Positions 1 to 12,930 are shown, counted from the stretch's first letter. The stretch: 64,000 nt of DNA from Balanoglossus misakiensis (GCA_040954595.2 CM082577.2:15817903-15881902); one strand, 5' to 3'. Program-made: numbers and translations. Notes: generated by a model not told the origin, from the letters alone.

Positions 1-790
1 TTGAGAAGAAACTAAGTAATGAAATTGTACTGTAAAAATTGATAGGAAATTATGGTGGCAGACAGCGTGGAGTTGGCAATTGGTGGATGGGAAGAGTGAA
101 ATATTGGGAAGGGGGAAGTATTGCGATAGTTCGGGTGAGAGTTGTGATTAGTGGGAAAATGATGTTACAGTTGAACAAGGGTGGGGTAGTGGACGGGTTT
201 GTGGTCAATATGCACAAATAAATGTAGGGAAATTGGAATAGTGGTGGAAGTCGAGAGATGAAATATTAACAGTAGTATAGATGAATGGATGGGAGAATAT
301 AAAATCTGTCAGGGTAAGGAGCAATTGGGTATTTGTTATTCTGTGATAGACGCACTACTGCTTCAAGGGAGTTGTTTATGAGTGTGGGTAGCGGTGGCCG
401 ATCATTGTTCCAATGTAGTACGGTGTGATGTATAAACAAAGTTGATAAGAGGTGTAATTAGTGACTGGTCAGCCAAATGGAATAAGTATATGTTGCATGT
501 TTGTCTGGTTGAGAATTGTGACGGTGTAATGGAAAATGCAGATAGTTGATGTTTTGTGGGTGTGTGACTGAGCAGGTGATAAGTACCGATTACTGGTATG
601 AGAATTGTAGGGTTTGATGTGAGATTGTGATATATGGAAGGGTGGATGGGGTGGCTTGTTTGCAATGACAAACTGTAACATTAAGCAATATTTTAATTAG
701 TGTGGCCTCAGCCTCGTTGTGAATGAATTAAGAAAGCTTGTCAAGAAAGTTGCTGTCAGTAGAAGTTGTAACACCAAAGTGGTAAGAAAG

Positions 791-1156
791 ATGGAGTCGA
801 TTACCGGATACATAGTGGACGTCAGCCCGATTAAGACGTCGGCCAAGAACAATAAGTACTTAAACGGAGTGATCCAGAGTGATCGAGAGAAATATCAGGA
901 TATCGTTTGTTTTTCTCCGGAGAAATATGACCTTTTTCAGTCCGTATTGAAGGGTCACACGGCCGTGAAATTGGACAAAGTTAATTTCGTACCAGCTAGA
1001 GCTAACGTTGGCGTGAGCGATGTCCAAGTGTCAAGGAGGTCATCCATAAATGCGTGTAGCAAGGCTTTGCCATTTTCAATGAAGATGCGTGACGTTAGAG
1101 GTTCTAGAGTGAGCAGTGTGGTCGATGCGAGTGGTATGGCACCAGGTTTTGGTCCG
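791..1156 (+). CDS. First exon of an RPA70-like OB-fold (ssDNA-binding) protein gene; downstream exons not found
   Basis: ATG at 791, MESITGYIVDVSPIKTSAKNNKYLNGVIQ...IVCFSPEK...AVKLDKV resembles an RPA DBD-A-type OB fold; ends at donor CCG|GTAAGT (1156/1157). Confidence 0.55.
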
Positions 1157-2102
1157 GTAAGTATGCACATCTCTGTGTGGAGCAATAAACGTGGATGTAT
1201 GTGTTGTGGTGGGTGAAGTGATGTGGAATAATGTGCTAAGTGTACAGATGTCACGCAATGGAAGTTTAGGAGAAGAGTAGTAATAGGTGGTGTAGGCCTA
1301 AAGGACATCGTTTTTAGGAAAGGATAGGTAGTATTCAGCATGGACAAAGTCGTAGTCGTGGTGTAGTGTGGGCGGGCGAATAATACAGCAAATCAGGTTA
1401 TGGGAACGGGTGTGTTTATTTCAGCCTAATGGGACCCGTGTGTTAAGTCGTTGCGTTTTATAAGTTTAGTCATGTAGATAAGTAAGAGAGAGATTAGGAA
1501 AGGTGGAGCGTGAAGTTTGATGACGTTGTTTGATGTAGGCCTATTACGAAGATTGTAACCCTGCGTACACGTGTGTGTGTGTTCGCGACATTACACGCCG
1601 GGAGCTCACAAAACTGTATGCAGATGTAGAGCAATTGATGCGAGTGTTGGACTTTATTCGCTTGAGGATGTTTTTTTTGTACTAAGTTGGGTATCTAGTT
1701 TTGTGTACAAGAGTGTGTGTTGCCGAAGTTTCAGGGAGGGAACAGGTTTGCCAGGTTGTACACTATGATACAAATGTGGTGCGTGTATGTGGGGATGGGG
1801 ACTGCTGTTGTTGTTGTGTGTTTTTTATATATATTGTGGGGAAATCTTTTGCTGTGTGGTTCCATCTTGAAAAGTGTTTGTTACACCTAGTTTTATTTCA
1901 TTTGAGTGTTAAAGATTCATTTGTCATAAAATAACCATTTTATCCAAATCAAGAAATTATATTTTGGCTATGGTTTTCTGTAATTAATGATTCATTAATG
2001 AAATCGTTGAAATTCATGGCGCACGTACAGATACCTTGATCCATTTAATAATTACACAGGATATATTCCCAATCGATTTGCATAAAATACTTCAACAATG
2101 AA

Positions 2103-2760
2103 GTCCTAGGACAGTTGTTTCGTTAGCCTTGCATGTGGCACAATTTATATCTGGTAATCACTTTAGTGATATATCCAAATGTTTGGATGTTTCTTTGGGA
2201 ATTAGTGTTTTATCAAGACCACCATTTCAGAATATTCTGAAGATGCTCTATCCAATTGTCAAATAAGTAGTTGATGAAATGTGTCTCAATGCCAAAAAAT
2301 AAATACAAGCACTGCCTGTTAACAAAATTGGTAGTTAGAAGAGAGTGGTTACCACCTCAGATGGCACATGGCTGACAAGAGGGAGTTACAGTAGGAATTT
2401 TACCTTTACAGTTAGAAATTTTCTCAACAACTCTCTATTGTACTACTTACATTTATGTCAGCGAGGTAATGATTATATTAATGAACCATTGTATCCTGGT
2501 ACATCTAAATCTGCAGAGGGATTTGCTGCTGAAAAAAACAGGCTAAAGATGAAAGAATGAATGTTGAAGTAAATTGGCAGGATAATGATTCAAGCAGCAT
2601 AAAATCATCTAGAAGTGTGTATCCTGCCGATAAAAACAAAGTCATGTTTTGTGGTGGTCATGTCACCAGAGCTCATACCAACCAGCTGCAGAAACTTTCT
2701 GCCATGAAGTCTGCTACTTGAGCATTCATTTCCAGACACAGCAAGAAGTACCCTAAAATT
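2103..2760 (+). pseudogene. Kolobok-type (Mutator-like fold) DDE transposase fragment, copy 1
   Basis: Motifs TTSDGTWLTRGSYS, LYPGTSKSAEG, NWQDNDSS, FCGGHVTR with in-frame stops and a frameshift. Confidence 0.7.
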
Positions 2761-2765
2761 GGAAA

Positions 2766-2870
2766 TTAAAGGGACAAAGTCTCTCTCCTGCTGCCCTTTT
2801 TCCATTTATTATGTTTGATACAAGACACCGTGGATATATAGTGAATCAATGTTCGACCACACACAAATTC
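2766..2870 (+). mobile_element. Left terminus of a Kolobok-type non-autonomous element
   Basis: TTAA|AGGGACAAAGTCTCTC...; the same terminus is at ~31870 and, inverted, at 35420-35546 (GACTTTGTCCCT|TTAA). Confidence 0.6.
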
Positions 2871-3297
2871 CAACACTACCCTAACCCTAACTAAAATTCA
2901 TCAGGCAGGCCACAGTCAACCACTCATGTGCAATTATTGAAGGTCACCATGCAAAAGACCCAATGAAATGTCAGCAAATTTACTTCAACTTGGAAAATAC
3001 CATTGTCGTACTGATCATTCTTGGGTAGGGGATAATAGTTCCTTTCACCCATTAGCAGTCTGTTCATGTTCCAAGTGTGAGGACAAAAAATGAACCAAAG
3101 TGCAGTGACTGAGAAGTTGACCGATAAAACAGAAAAAAGAAACCAGAGGCCAATCGAACAACAATGCCCGGCAAGAGATACGAAGAACAAAGTTGACATC
3201 GTTCAATTTTGGAGCATTTATAAACAGAAAAGCAGAACCAGATAAGCTGCTGTATTCTTGTATGTATAAGCCAAGTTTTACAACATATACATTGTAA

Positions 3298-3790
3298 TAT
3301 GGCAGAAACCATGGAGATGATGCTGTGAATGCATACCTGTAATTTAAACATCACAGTGGTAACCTAGGCATTTAGGTGCAAGAGGTCGGCCTTCTTCTTT
3401 GCAAAGAAGACCCCGACTATGCTGCAAGTTTGGATAGGCTGGTCATCGACCCGACTGAAGTGGTCAACCCTCGAGGAGCCTTAGAGGTGAAGTGTCCACC
3501 ATCATTTTGAGGTATGCTTGCCAGGGATGCTGCCAATAAATCAAGCTTCTTTCTAGGTTTTAACAGTGATGGGACAGTTGGGTTGAAGGAAAAACACTAG
3601 TACTAGTACCAGATCCAAGGGCAAATGTACGTAGCAGGGTTGCAGTGGGCCGATTTTGTGGTTTGGTTTGGACCAGATTGTGACATTTTTTCACCAGAGG
3701 ATAAAGTTCAACAGCCGTATGTGGCCTGCACTTGATCATTTTTATTACAGAGCTTTCCTCCCCAAAGTTTTAACAGGTCATGTGAAGAGA
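3298..3790 (+). pseudogene. YqaJ/lambda-exonuclease-like domain remnant (Kolobok-associated type)
   Basis: YGRNHG...AASLDRLV.DP...ALEVKCP...YQIQGQMYVAGLQWADFVVW...FYYRAFLP, with stops. Confidence 0.75.
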
Positions 3791-3889
3791 GGAGTCACAC
3801 CGTATAACCATTGGGGGGGGGGGGATTGGAAGATCTACAGAAAATGAGTGCAAAGTCAGTGTTGGAATGCAATACGAATCAATCAAAAT

Positions 3890-4234
3890 TTACATATTGT
3901 TCAGATTCCGCAATAATTTTCCACTTTGTGACTGAATTTGGGAAGCAATATTTATGCAGTGAAGGAAGAATTTCTCTTTCAACCTCATATTTTTCCACAA
4001 TGTTGTAAGCTTAGAGTTCCAAAAAGGCTTATAACTTTTAGAATACCTTGTACATTTAGGGGGGTCTGAATGATCCAGCAAGGAATCTATTCCTGTAAAA
4101 AAGCACTTACAAAATTTGTCATAGATAACATCCACATTCTTTTGGGTGTTAATGTTACTCTTAAGTAAATCAATAATTTCTAAAGTGGCACATCTTCTAA
4201 TGTCAGAGTTAAGAGAAAGTCTAAACCAAAACAA
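3890..4234 (-). mobile_element. Non-LTR retrotransposon (LINE) ORF2 linker fragment
   Basis: YDKFCKCFF...KSYKPFWNSKLTTLWKNMRLKEKFFL resembles the endonuclease-RT linker of CR1/L2-group LINEs. Confidence 0.5.
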
Positions 4235-4529
4235 ATCAACTGTTTAAGTTTGCACAGTGCCTGGTCAAGAATGATGTATTAGTTGATACTGAATTTGGTA
4301 CAGTGCCAAATGGATCAATTTTAAGTTATCAGACATGCCACACAGAGTGTAGTTATTTGTATATTGTGAAATATCATTAGTACCAAGATTGCCAGCTTAT
4401 GATATGTTAATAGATTTAAATTCTTTTCCTGATTTGCCATACAAAGAAACCCCTATATATGACATTAAAATTAACAATGTATAGAAACATGCATGTTTCA
4501 ATCAATCAAATGTAACAAAGACAGAGCAA

Positions 4530-4870
4530 TTATGATTGAAGCAGAGACAAGAAAGCAGTCTGTCAGTGATAAGTGGTTTCTTTACAGAAAAACAAGGCTG
4601 ACTGCATCAAATTTCCATGATATCTGTATAAGAAAACATCACAATGCCCTGTGTAGTAGGTTATTAATGCTGAATGTTTCACAAGCAGATACACTGAACA
4701 TGGCAAAACATATGAATGTGAGGGGTTGATAAAATATGCCAAATACATAAATGACACTGGTAATTATGTGTATCTACACAAATGTGGTCTAGTCATAAAC
4801 CACTCGTATTGTTTTCTTGGTGGTACACCTGATTCAAAAGTGGTTGATAGAAATTCATCTGAGCCATATT
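4530..4870 (+). pseudogene. Second YqaJ-like exonuclease remnant
   Basis: IEAETRKQSVSDKWFLYRKTRLTASNFHDIC, then after a frameshift HGKTYE...KCGLVINHSYCFLGGTPDSKVVD. Confidence 0.75.
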
Positions 4871-5581
4871 CTGTTGGATGATGTGATGAGCATTCCAATG
4901 AGAATGCGAGATTTACTCGAACATCAACATGAACTGAACAAGCTGAAAGAAGAGTTCAAAAGAAAATCACAAAAAACTGGATTGTGTTAAAGAAAGGCTG
5001 CTCGATGGAAGAAATACAAATAAAAAGCATGCAAGAGGAGATAAAGGATCTGTAGCAGAAGTACGAATTGAACAAGTACAGACACAGCAGGAAGAGATGA
5101 AAGACGAACAGGAGAAAATGAAAGAACAAGTTGCGGACCTACAATAATCTGTCAGAACTGAAAGACTCGAGTACTGAAATAACTGAAATGAAATGTCAGA
5201 AAAGAAAACTGTTGAAGAAAGTGAACATCACAAAAGAAGAGCAGCAAGAAATCAACGTGAAGATGAAATTGAAAGAAATGAACATGAGATAAGCGACTTA
5301 CGAGTGAAAATTAAAAAAACTTGAACAAGGGCACATCTGGACATGCTGCACGCTCTGTAATCCCGTCTCCAATAATTTTGCTATTTTCTCCATTAATGGA
5401 ATAAGGTTTGTATTTTGACCGACTTGGAACCTCTAATAAGGTATTTGAGCACCTGAACGTTTGATTTTGGACCATTTTTCTCATTGGCTTCTATGTGAAA
5501 ACTCTGTTTTTGGTTGCAGTCAGCGATCATTTCACGTGGCACATTGTCGATGTGTGGACAATAGCCTACGCCATTGTCATA

Positions 5582-6110
5582 ATGCAGTGTGTTGACTGTG
5601 GAGGCCTGGAGAACATGTCTTTATGCCAATGTGACCTCGATCTGTGTCCCGGCTGTGAAGAAAATCGTTTTCCTAGTAATGTTGCTCGGAGAAGAGAAAA
5701 ACAAAGTGCTGCTTCTGTTAAGAGTAAAAGACATGAGGTACCGCAAACTCATACAGGTAAATCTATTATTGTGAATGAATTGCTGTTTTGTGTGGAACAA
5801 GATTGACGTTTTGCCATCCGACATGATTGTCAAACTATGTGTCAACTGTTATGATGATAAGGACGTTGAACAAGCCAAGATACTTCTTTTTGACTCATGC
5901 AGGGTGGACAAAAATCAATTTATTCGCCATCAAGGTCAAAACAAGCGAAGTAGTAACATTCAAGATATGTTATCTTTATTACACGAACTTGATGAATGTG
6001 ATGTGCCATGTTTTGTTGCCGCTGATCTCCCGCGTCTGCCACCAGTCGATATTTCCCATGTTGACGTTTCTGTATTGATTAAGGAAATTCGAGGTTTACA
6101 ACATGGTCTC
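5582..6110 (+). pseudogene. LINE ORF1-like protein (CR1/L2-group), frameshifted 5' fragment
   Basis: N-terminal CxxC...CxxC, then IIVNELLF/..NKID....IVKLC...Y...VEQAK.LLF...DMLSLLHE...PCFVAADLPRLPPVD, the typical ORF1 of these LINEs; frameshift near 5790. Confidence 0.65.
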
Positions 6111-6529
6111 TCTTTTGAAGGGAAATAAGCACCCTGATGATCGTCATAATATAGAATGTTTATACCAAGTTTCAAGAATACTTTTTTGTATATTATTTTA
6201 CTAGAGAAGTGCACAAAAGGTTCCACTGTGTTAAAATCCTGATACCTTCAGCATTTCATACGATTCAAAATGGTTGTTCCTTCAGCTATATTCACTTTGG
6301 CTTCTTGTCACAAAGGCCAGGTGCATAACCTTTGCTTGTCTGTGAGGATATAAAACCATAATTGTCGTGTGAGGGCGCTATAATTTGTGCGCATGCGCAG
6401 ACAGTGTTTTTCTTGCTATAGTACATGTACTTACCGTGTAACCCTGTCATTCGATCACTGAATTTCATCTGGCGACATCCACTTTGTGGCCAGCGTTGTT
6501 ACTTTGATAACTACACATACTTGTTTGGT

Positions 6530-7282
6530 AAGATGTTAATCTTTACGGCCCTGATACGGGTTTTGCGGCCCGAGGTCATATGGCGGAAGCGCCCGACCGC
6601 AGGGAGGGCGCGAATCGCCGTATGACCGAGGGCCGCAAAACCCGTATCAGGGCCGTAAAGGTTTTATCATATGCCTTATTGAACGATAATCTACAAGAAA
6701 CTAATAAAATACACATTCTGTAATATTTTGGAATGTAAATTTTACGTGTTTATCTATCGTTTTGAAATGATCTATCCCGTAGCATAGAGGCGCATTCCTC
6801 CAGTTCTTGCGGATTGATATGCACGATGTCATTTGTTTACATTCTATTGCACGTGAGATATAGACGCGCTCGAACTCACAGAGCCGAGCGCGAGCAAAAC
6901 ATTATTTTTTCTTCGCGACGATCGACGCCGACAGTCACACATTAATCAGATCAAATCATCAATTTTACTATTCATATTGCCATATAAAGCTCTACAACAT
7001 GCAGCGATTACGGGAGATGATGGGATTCGGTAGTGGCATAGGACATACACACACTGCAAGTGCACTAGTCACTGACACCGCATCAGAAAAATTTAATTCA
7101 GAACGTAGCAACAACAACTTTCGAATCTCGAGCAATAAACACAAAACTAGATCCGGATATTGAACGCGTCTTCCAAATATGGTCACCGGGCCGGGGCGTG
7201 ATAAGCAAAAAAACTGCACAGATGTGAGGGCGCTTTTCCCCATAGACTTTACATGGGCACGTGAATATAGGCATATGATAAT
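6530..7282. mobile_element. Non-autonomous element with long 5' hairpin and asymmetric inverted repeat (Crypton-like)
   Basis: Hairpin CTTTACGGCCCTGATACGGGTTTTGCGGCCC...GGGCCGCAAAACCCGTATCAGGGCCGTAAAG (6541-6660); TTATCATATGCCT (~6664) pairs with AGGCATATGATAA (~7269). Confidence 0.5.
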
Positions 7283-8349
7283 ATGTTTTTTGTCAAGAGT
7301 ATTTTTGTAATATATTTCTTGTATTTATTTGATATTTGCTACATTTTGGTACAGACAACTTTGTACATATGATATTACACGTGGCGTCCATGTGCGTACA
7401 ATAATTTCAGTGAAAGTCTAATCTATTTTTGTCTATAAGTTTGAATGTTCATAAAAAGTAATTTAGAGTTGTATTACATTGATTGATGAATCCAGCTTCA
7501 TTTAATATCGATATTTGCAGTAAATATGAACAGACTGTTTCTGTATTCCGTGAAATTCATGGTTCTTGCTCAGCCAACTTACACAGCGGTCTATTGTTTG
7601 TACAGGACAGTCGTACGAGCAGATTTGGACTGTTGGTTGATTACTCATTGATTGCTTTACTTACCTGTTAGTCAGGGTGAGTGAATTGTACCTTTTAAAC
7701 AGACTTACCTGGTTTTGTCTAATTTGCTGTTATTTACTGTAATTCTGAATACTTGAAATAGTACTGCACAATGCATATATTATCAGTACAGTGTCATGAT
7801 TTATACTATGATGAAGCCATGTTGACGTTATGTTTACAATTCATCAGTATATTAGCACCTCCCTGATGTTGAGAACTGTATTGCAATTTCATTGATTTAC
7901 CTGAATATTTTTGTGTATTTATTTACTTGTGTCTTAGTCACTGACGCTCAGTCTGACCATGAGTAATGGGGAAATACACTGACACTGCAATCTTTATTTC
8001 TTTGCAGGTTCTTTGTTGTTGCGTAGTTGTTTGTTTGTGGTACTTGTTTTCAAGTCACTTACAGTTTACTATACAAGTCTCGCTCCTGTCAAAACCACTT
8101 ATGGTCTATCATTATCCAAATTGAACCATTGTAATGTGTGACTGCATACGGAAGCTGGAATAAAAGTGCTCATTGGAATTGAACTCTAACCGTGGTGTGC
8201 GTGTCCAATGTTCCTGTGTTACATGTCGGTAAAAGACTATGGGCAAGGCAGAGTGCTGGAGGCATTTGCTGCTGAATGTCCCGAAATCAACCTGCCTTCC
8301 AACCCAAAATCTTTATATTTCAAAACACAAAGCGTGTATAGAAAAGCAA

Positions 8350-8750
8350 CAGAAGATATTTCGATCAGACTATGCCGGAATTGGTGAATTGAGAAGTTTG
8401 CTTCAAAAGTCAAGTATTTTAGCACTAACTGCTACAGCCACCAAACAGATGCAACATGGCATAATCAAAATATTGTGCATGGACAAATGTGAAGTTATTA
8501 CTACTGAGCTTGACCGTGGTAATATCTTTCACCTAGCTATAAGAGTACAATTATCAATAGCTGATACCTTCTGCTGGATTGTAGATGAGTTGAGAATAAT
8601 AAAACTAAACTGTAAGAAGTACATTATTTTATCCTGCAGGAACATCAAGGTGTGTGCAGCCTTGTACAAGTACATGTACTTTTAGTTGAACTGGGTGATG
8701 AGGCATGGCTAGGTCGACCAGGCATTCAACATGCTCTATTTGCCATGTAT
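8350..8750 (+). pseudogene. RecQ-like SF2 helicase fragment (type carried by AcademH-like transposons)
   Basis: FRSDYAGIGELRSLL...ILALTATAT (motif III)...LDRGNIF; motifs I and II absent, stop or frameshift near 8685. Confidence 0.65.
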
Positions 8751-10281
8751 ATGATATCTTCGAACATTATCTTTTTATCAGAAGAACAAACCTCCTAATT
8801 TAGCGACTTGCGTATGCGCAACTACTTTAGTGTTTAGCTCCAACGCGCATGTGCAATATGACGTGATTTCCGGAAGCTGAACAAAGGTCATGTCATCTGA
8901 CCCAGGGTTATGTTATGGAACATCACGTGGCGGTCGACGGTCTATCTTCTGTTGCTTAGTAAATCGACCCAGTCTTTATTCCCGAGTAGGACAATGGATC
9001 AACCATCAACGGTAATACATTTTCATGATAATTTGAATTGGCTGTATTGTGTTTAGAACATGCATTGATTGTGTTTTTTGTATTATCTGGAAGAAATGAA
9101 GTGCCATTGAAATGAAATGCCAGTGTGTACATACACTGTGTTCGCGGAACTTTAACATGCTGTTATATACGAACACCATATCATCACTATCAAGACTTTC
9201 TAGAATACACAGTGATTGGGAGCAACTTTTCACATGTTTCTAAGTCCCGTTTTTTGAACGATTTAAATCGGTTGAATAGCATTACACACACTTTTGGCCA
9301 TAGTTATAGCCTGAAATACCTGGGTGTACTTTGATAAACATTGAAGCATGTGATCAGATAATTACCATGACCATGTCGGCATCGTCTAGTGAGCAAAGTT
9401 GTTTGTCCGTATCATCAGATACTAGTATTTGAACATACATGTAATAACGTTGTTGACGCTGTTTACATATTTATATTTACACCTTATTATTTACTGGATG
9501 TGTGTCATGCGCATTAACAATGTCTTTAAACTTTTCACCTTCAGTCAAATGAAAAGACACCAGACAAGAATAATGAAGTGGGGAACAAAAAGACTTACGG
9601 CAAGAAGAAGGTAAACATAGAGTATTTAGTAAACAAGCGACGCCGCATCAATTATGCAAACAAACATAGAAGAGGGCTAAAGAAAGCGGTGAGTTTTGAT
9701 TTCTTGAGGGTAGTAGGTGTGTTCTTTTGTTTATTAAGTTAGATAATGACAACCATTATTTTTGTTCAAAATTGTTTTTGATACATTTGTGTATAAATGT
9801 ATGTGTATAATGTGGAGAAATATAAATATAAATCATTGTAAAATGTGATTTTTGACTAACACCGCACAACTGACGATGATATCCTATTTACTCAATTCCC
9901 AGGTTTCCCAGTATCATGTATGCACCCGCGAGGATATTTTGCTTTACGTCAGGAGTGAGAAGATTAATCTACGGCAGCCAAAAAGCCATCGAAGATCTAA
10001 AAAATGGTCTGATAATTAAATCTGTGGGAACAGTGGAAACCATTGACAGAGACGGCAAGATTGTGACATCACTTGAACCAACGCCAAACGACAAGGAACC
10101 AGCACAGAGTGCAACACATGCAGCCATGTTTTCACCAAAAACCTTGGAGGCTGAATTTACAGGACAGTGATGAACACGTTTCCATAGTTGTTCTTTTAGT
10201 TATAGTTTGTTCTTATTTATTTATGTTTGATAATATTTGTTGTTAACATCAGATAGATGAGTGCTACCAAATTTACATATA

Positions 10282-11075
10282 CAGACCCACCAATAAGTAT
10301 TTACGCACCCACGTTCTGCAGTGAAAACGTTTATGAAACATGAAATAACACACCTTGCAGACAGTTTTTAGCGAAAATTCAAAAATATTTAATAAATTCA
10401 TGAGAAATAGTTGTACAGCGAAAATCTTTCATGTGCGATTAAATTTGAGCGAGAAATATTGACGTAAATATAGATATGCAACGGAGTCGGCAAAACGTTC
10501 CATTCTCTATGGGAACAACAATGCAAAGAACGTCATGAATATTCATGAGGTGAAATCGAACGTAACAACTGTCAATAATGGGTATGTCCACCCCTTCTCC
10601 TGATGACCTCTCGCAGTCGCTTTGGCATAGTGTCGACGAGTTTCCGACACATATTTTGCTGGAATTGTTCCACAGTTGTTACAATGCGGTCAAACAGGTC
10701 GTCGATGCTGTGAATTGGACGGGAATGAACGTCCAAGTCGATTAACTCCCACAGGTTCTCGATGGGGCTCAAATCTGGAGACTGGGCTGGCCACTCCAAT
10801 GTAGTGAAATTGTCAAACGGATAGCCGTAATCCTGGGGATTTTGTAGAAATGATTTCACATCCAAGGCAGTATGTACAGGGGCATTATCCTGCTGGAACA
10901 CAAAATCGGGCCCGAAGAGTCTCAAAGCCGATGGTAACATTCCGTTTTGTAGAATGTCTAGGTACTTCCAGCAATTTATGGTGTTCTCGACTCGAACGAG
11001 TGAACCAACCCCTGCAGCCGAGAAACACCCCCAAACCATAACACTACCACCACCAAACTTCACTGTGGGACTGAT
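10282..11075 (-). mobile_element. Tc1-like transposon, 3' half (C-terminal catalytic region plus terminal repeat)
   Basis: TA|CAGACCCACCAATAAGTATTTACGCACC terminus at 10282; ORF with PTVKFGGGSVMVWGCF, FQQDNAPVH, WPAQSPDLSPIENLW, RGGHTHY* ending at 10572. Confidence 0.9.
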
Positions 11076-11077
11076 AC

Positions 11078-11915
11078 CCGCCAATAAGTATTTACGCACC
11101 TTGAAAATGTACATTTGACATGAAAAATTATTCACAAAATCGATTGACTGTAACTTATTTCCGAAAATAAATAACCTAGGGAAGGTTTAACCCATTTTAG
11201 TCAACACAGATGTGTTGCCGCGCCGAATTTGACTGTATACGCGGCGAGTTTTCCGGCCAGTAAAAATTCATATGGTTATTGCAATGGCGGTATACTCATT
11301 AACATATCGTTTGCATCTCCTTAACTTTTCGCACCATTGTTTCCGTGGATAATTTCCCTCTATTCATATTTAAATCTCCACCAATCAGAGCTTTTAAATA
11401 TAATTCCGATTAAATTTGGGGGCGGGAAAATCTGCCAGACTTGCTTATGAATATTCTGATCGAGGTTGTCGGAGGTTGCTGCATAATTTTTGTTTGTAAA
11501 CATTGGATCAATGAAACCATGCCCAAAGTTCGCGAACTTCCTGAATTTGTGAAAGGTCAAATTGAGGCACGCATAGGCAAGGTTTGAGAAACCAAGAAAT
11601 CGCAAGGCAGCTTGGAATGACCAAAGGCGGCGTCAGGTACAATATTCGAAAACTTGCTCAAAATGGTAGCACGGACAATTTACACCGATCTGGACGGCCA
11701 AGGCAAACAACAGAACGAGAAGACCGAATGTTAATACGATCAAGCCTGACGGACAGATTTAAGATGGCCCGTGACCTCCGCGCTAAGTTTCACGAGGATA
11801 CCGGGAAACTTTTGAGTATGAGCACAATCAAATCCCGATTGTATAGAGGAGCCAGACTCCGTGGATGTGTGGCCAAGAAAAAGCCGAAATTACAACCACG
11901 GCACATCGCAGCGCA
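11078..11915 (+). mobile_element. Tc1-like transposon, 5' half (terminal repeat plus paired-like HTH N-terminus), frameshifted
   Basis: CCCGCCAATAAGTATTTACGCACC matches the 10282 terminus; ATG at 11519 (MPKVREL...), then QEIARQLG...RSGRPRQTTEREDR...AKKKPKL. Confidence 0.85.
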
Positions 11916-12289
11916 TAATTTCCTTATCTGTTTGTCGTGCATACAAAGATAGGCTTGTACTGTATGTATAGGGAATCTGATTTAATGGGTGCAGCATCCA
12001 TTAAAATATATAATGTCAGTGTTCTAACAAGGCCACAAACCATTCTTGCATATTTTTGGTATGTGTCTTGGATTTCTGAGCTATGTGCAACGATATTAGC
12101 ATGCACTTTGAAATTAGACAGCTCTGTTAGGCTATCCGCCAGCCATAATGTGCTTCACAGCAAGACAAGAGATATATGCAAAATATATTTACAAAATTCA
12201 ACCTGGTGATACCATTATGATATGATGGAAGATTTTACGAGAGTAAACTTTAAACTGTATAATCTTAGGGCCAAAGTTTTGGACGCACA

Positions 12290-12930
12290 GTTGAATCAAA
12301 GTTCCATTTAGGCAAATGATGAAAAGACAAAATTCTATACTTTCATTTCATTTCAAACTTTTTAGAACTGATGCAGATTTTCATTTTATGTGAATCTTAC
12401 ATAAATCATACACATCGATTTGTTTTGGGAAAGTTTGAAAAAATGAGTTTTAGTTTTTATGCATCTTTATTCTCTCTCTGCAAGATTTAGCCTTCAGGTT
12501 TGGCATATCCTTGATGACTGCATCAAGGGATATGGAATATGTATTTCAGGTTGAAATTTCTAATTGAATGGCCAGATAGAGATATACTTAGAGTTGCAAT
12601 GCCCATGGATTTCAGGAAATCATTTGGAAAAGAAGTTTCAGTAATAATCAATTATAAGCACCACAATACTGTTAAATTTTTCACAAGAGGAAAGAAACAG
12701 TTATCCCCATATGAGGTTGAAAAAAACAAGAAAAATAGCAAGCGTTCGCATACACGTAGAAAGAGTGATTGGGTTAGTTTGTAGAAAGTATCATTTGATG
12801 CAGAGTAGAGCATTGCCAATTGAATATTTGTAAAAAAAATGTTGGGAAGTCATTGCGTCTCATAGACAAAATTGGAGTTATATGCTGTGCCGTAACAAAC
12901 CTGTCTGAGTATATTGTACTTTTACAGTAA
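12290..12930 (+). pseudogene. PIF/Harbinger-ISL2EU-type (DDE_Tnp_4) transposase remnant with internal deletions
   Basis: [39 protein letters not shown]..., [23 protein letters not shown]. Confidence 0.7.

Noticed and set aside
2878-2892. Telomeric repeat (CCCTAA)
   Set aside because: Only two units; the TTAG-rich tract at 45360-45740 is likewise irregular low-complexity sequence.
4880-5340. Coiled-coil protein gene
   Set aside because: E/K/Q-rich but broken by many stops and frameshifts; cannot be assigned beyond a likely ORF1/gag relic.
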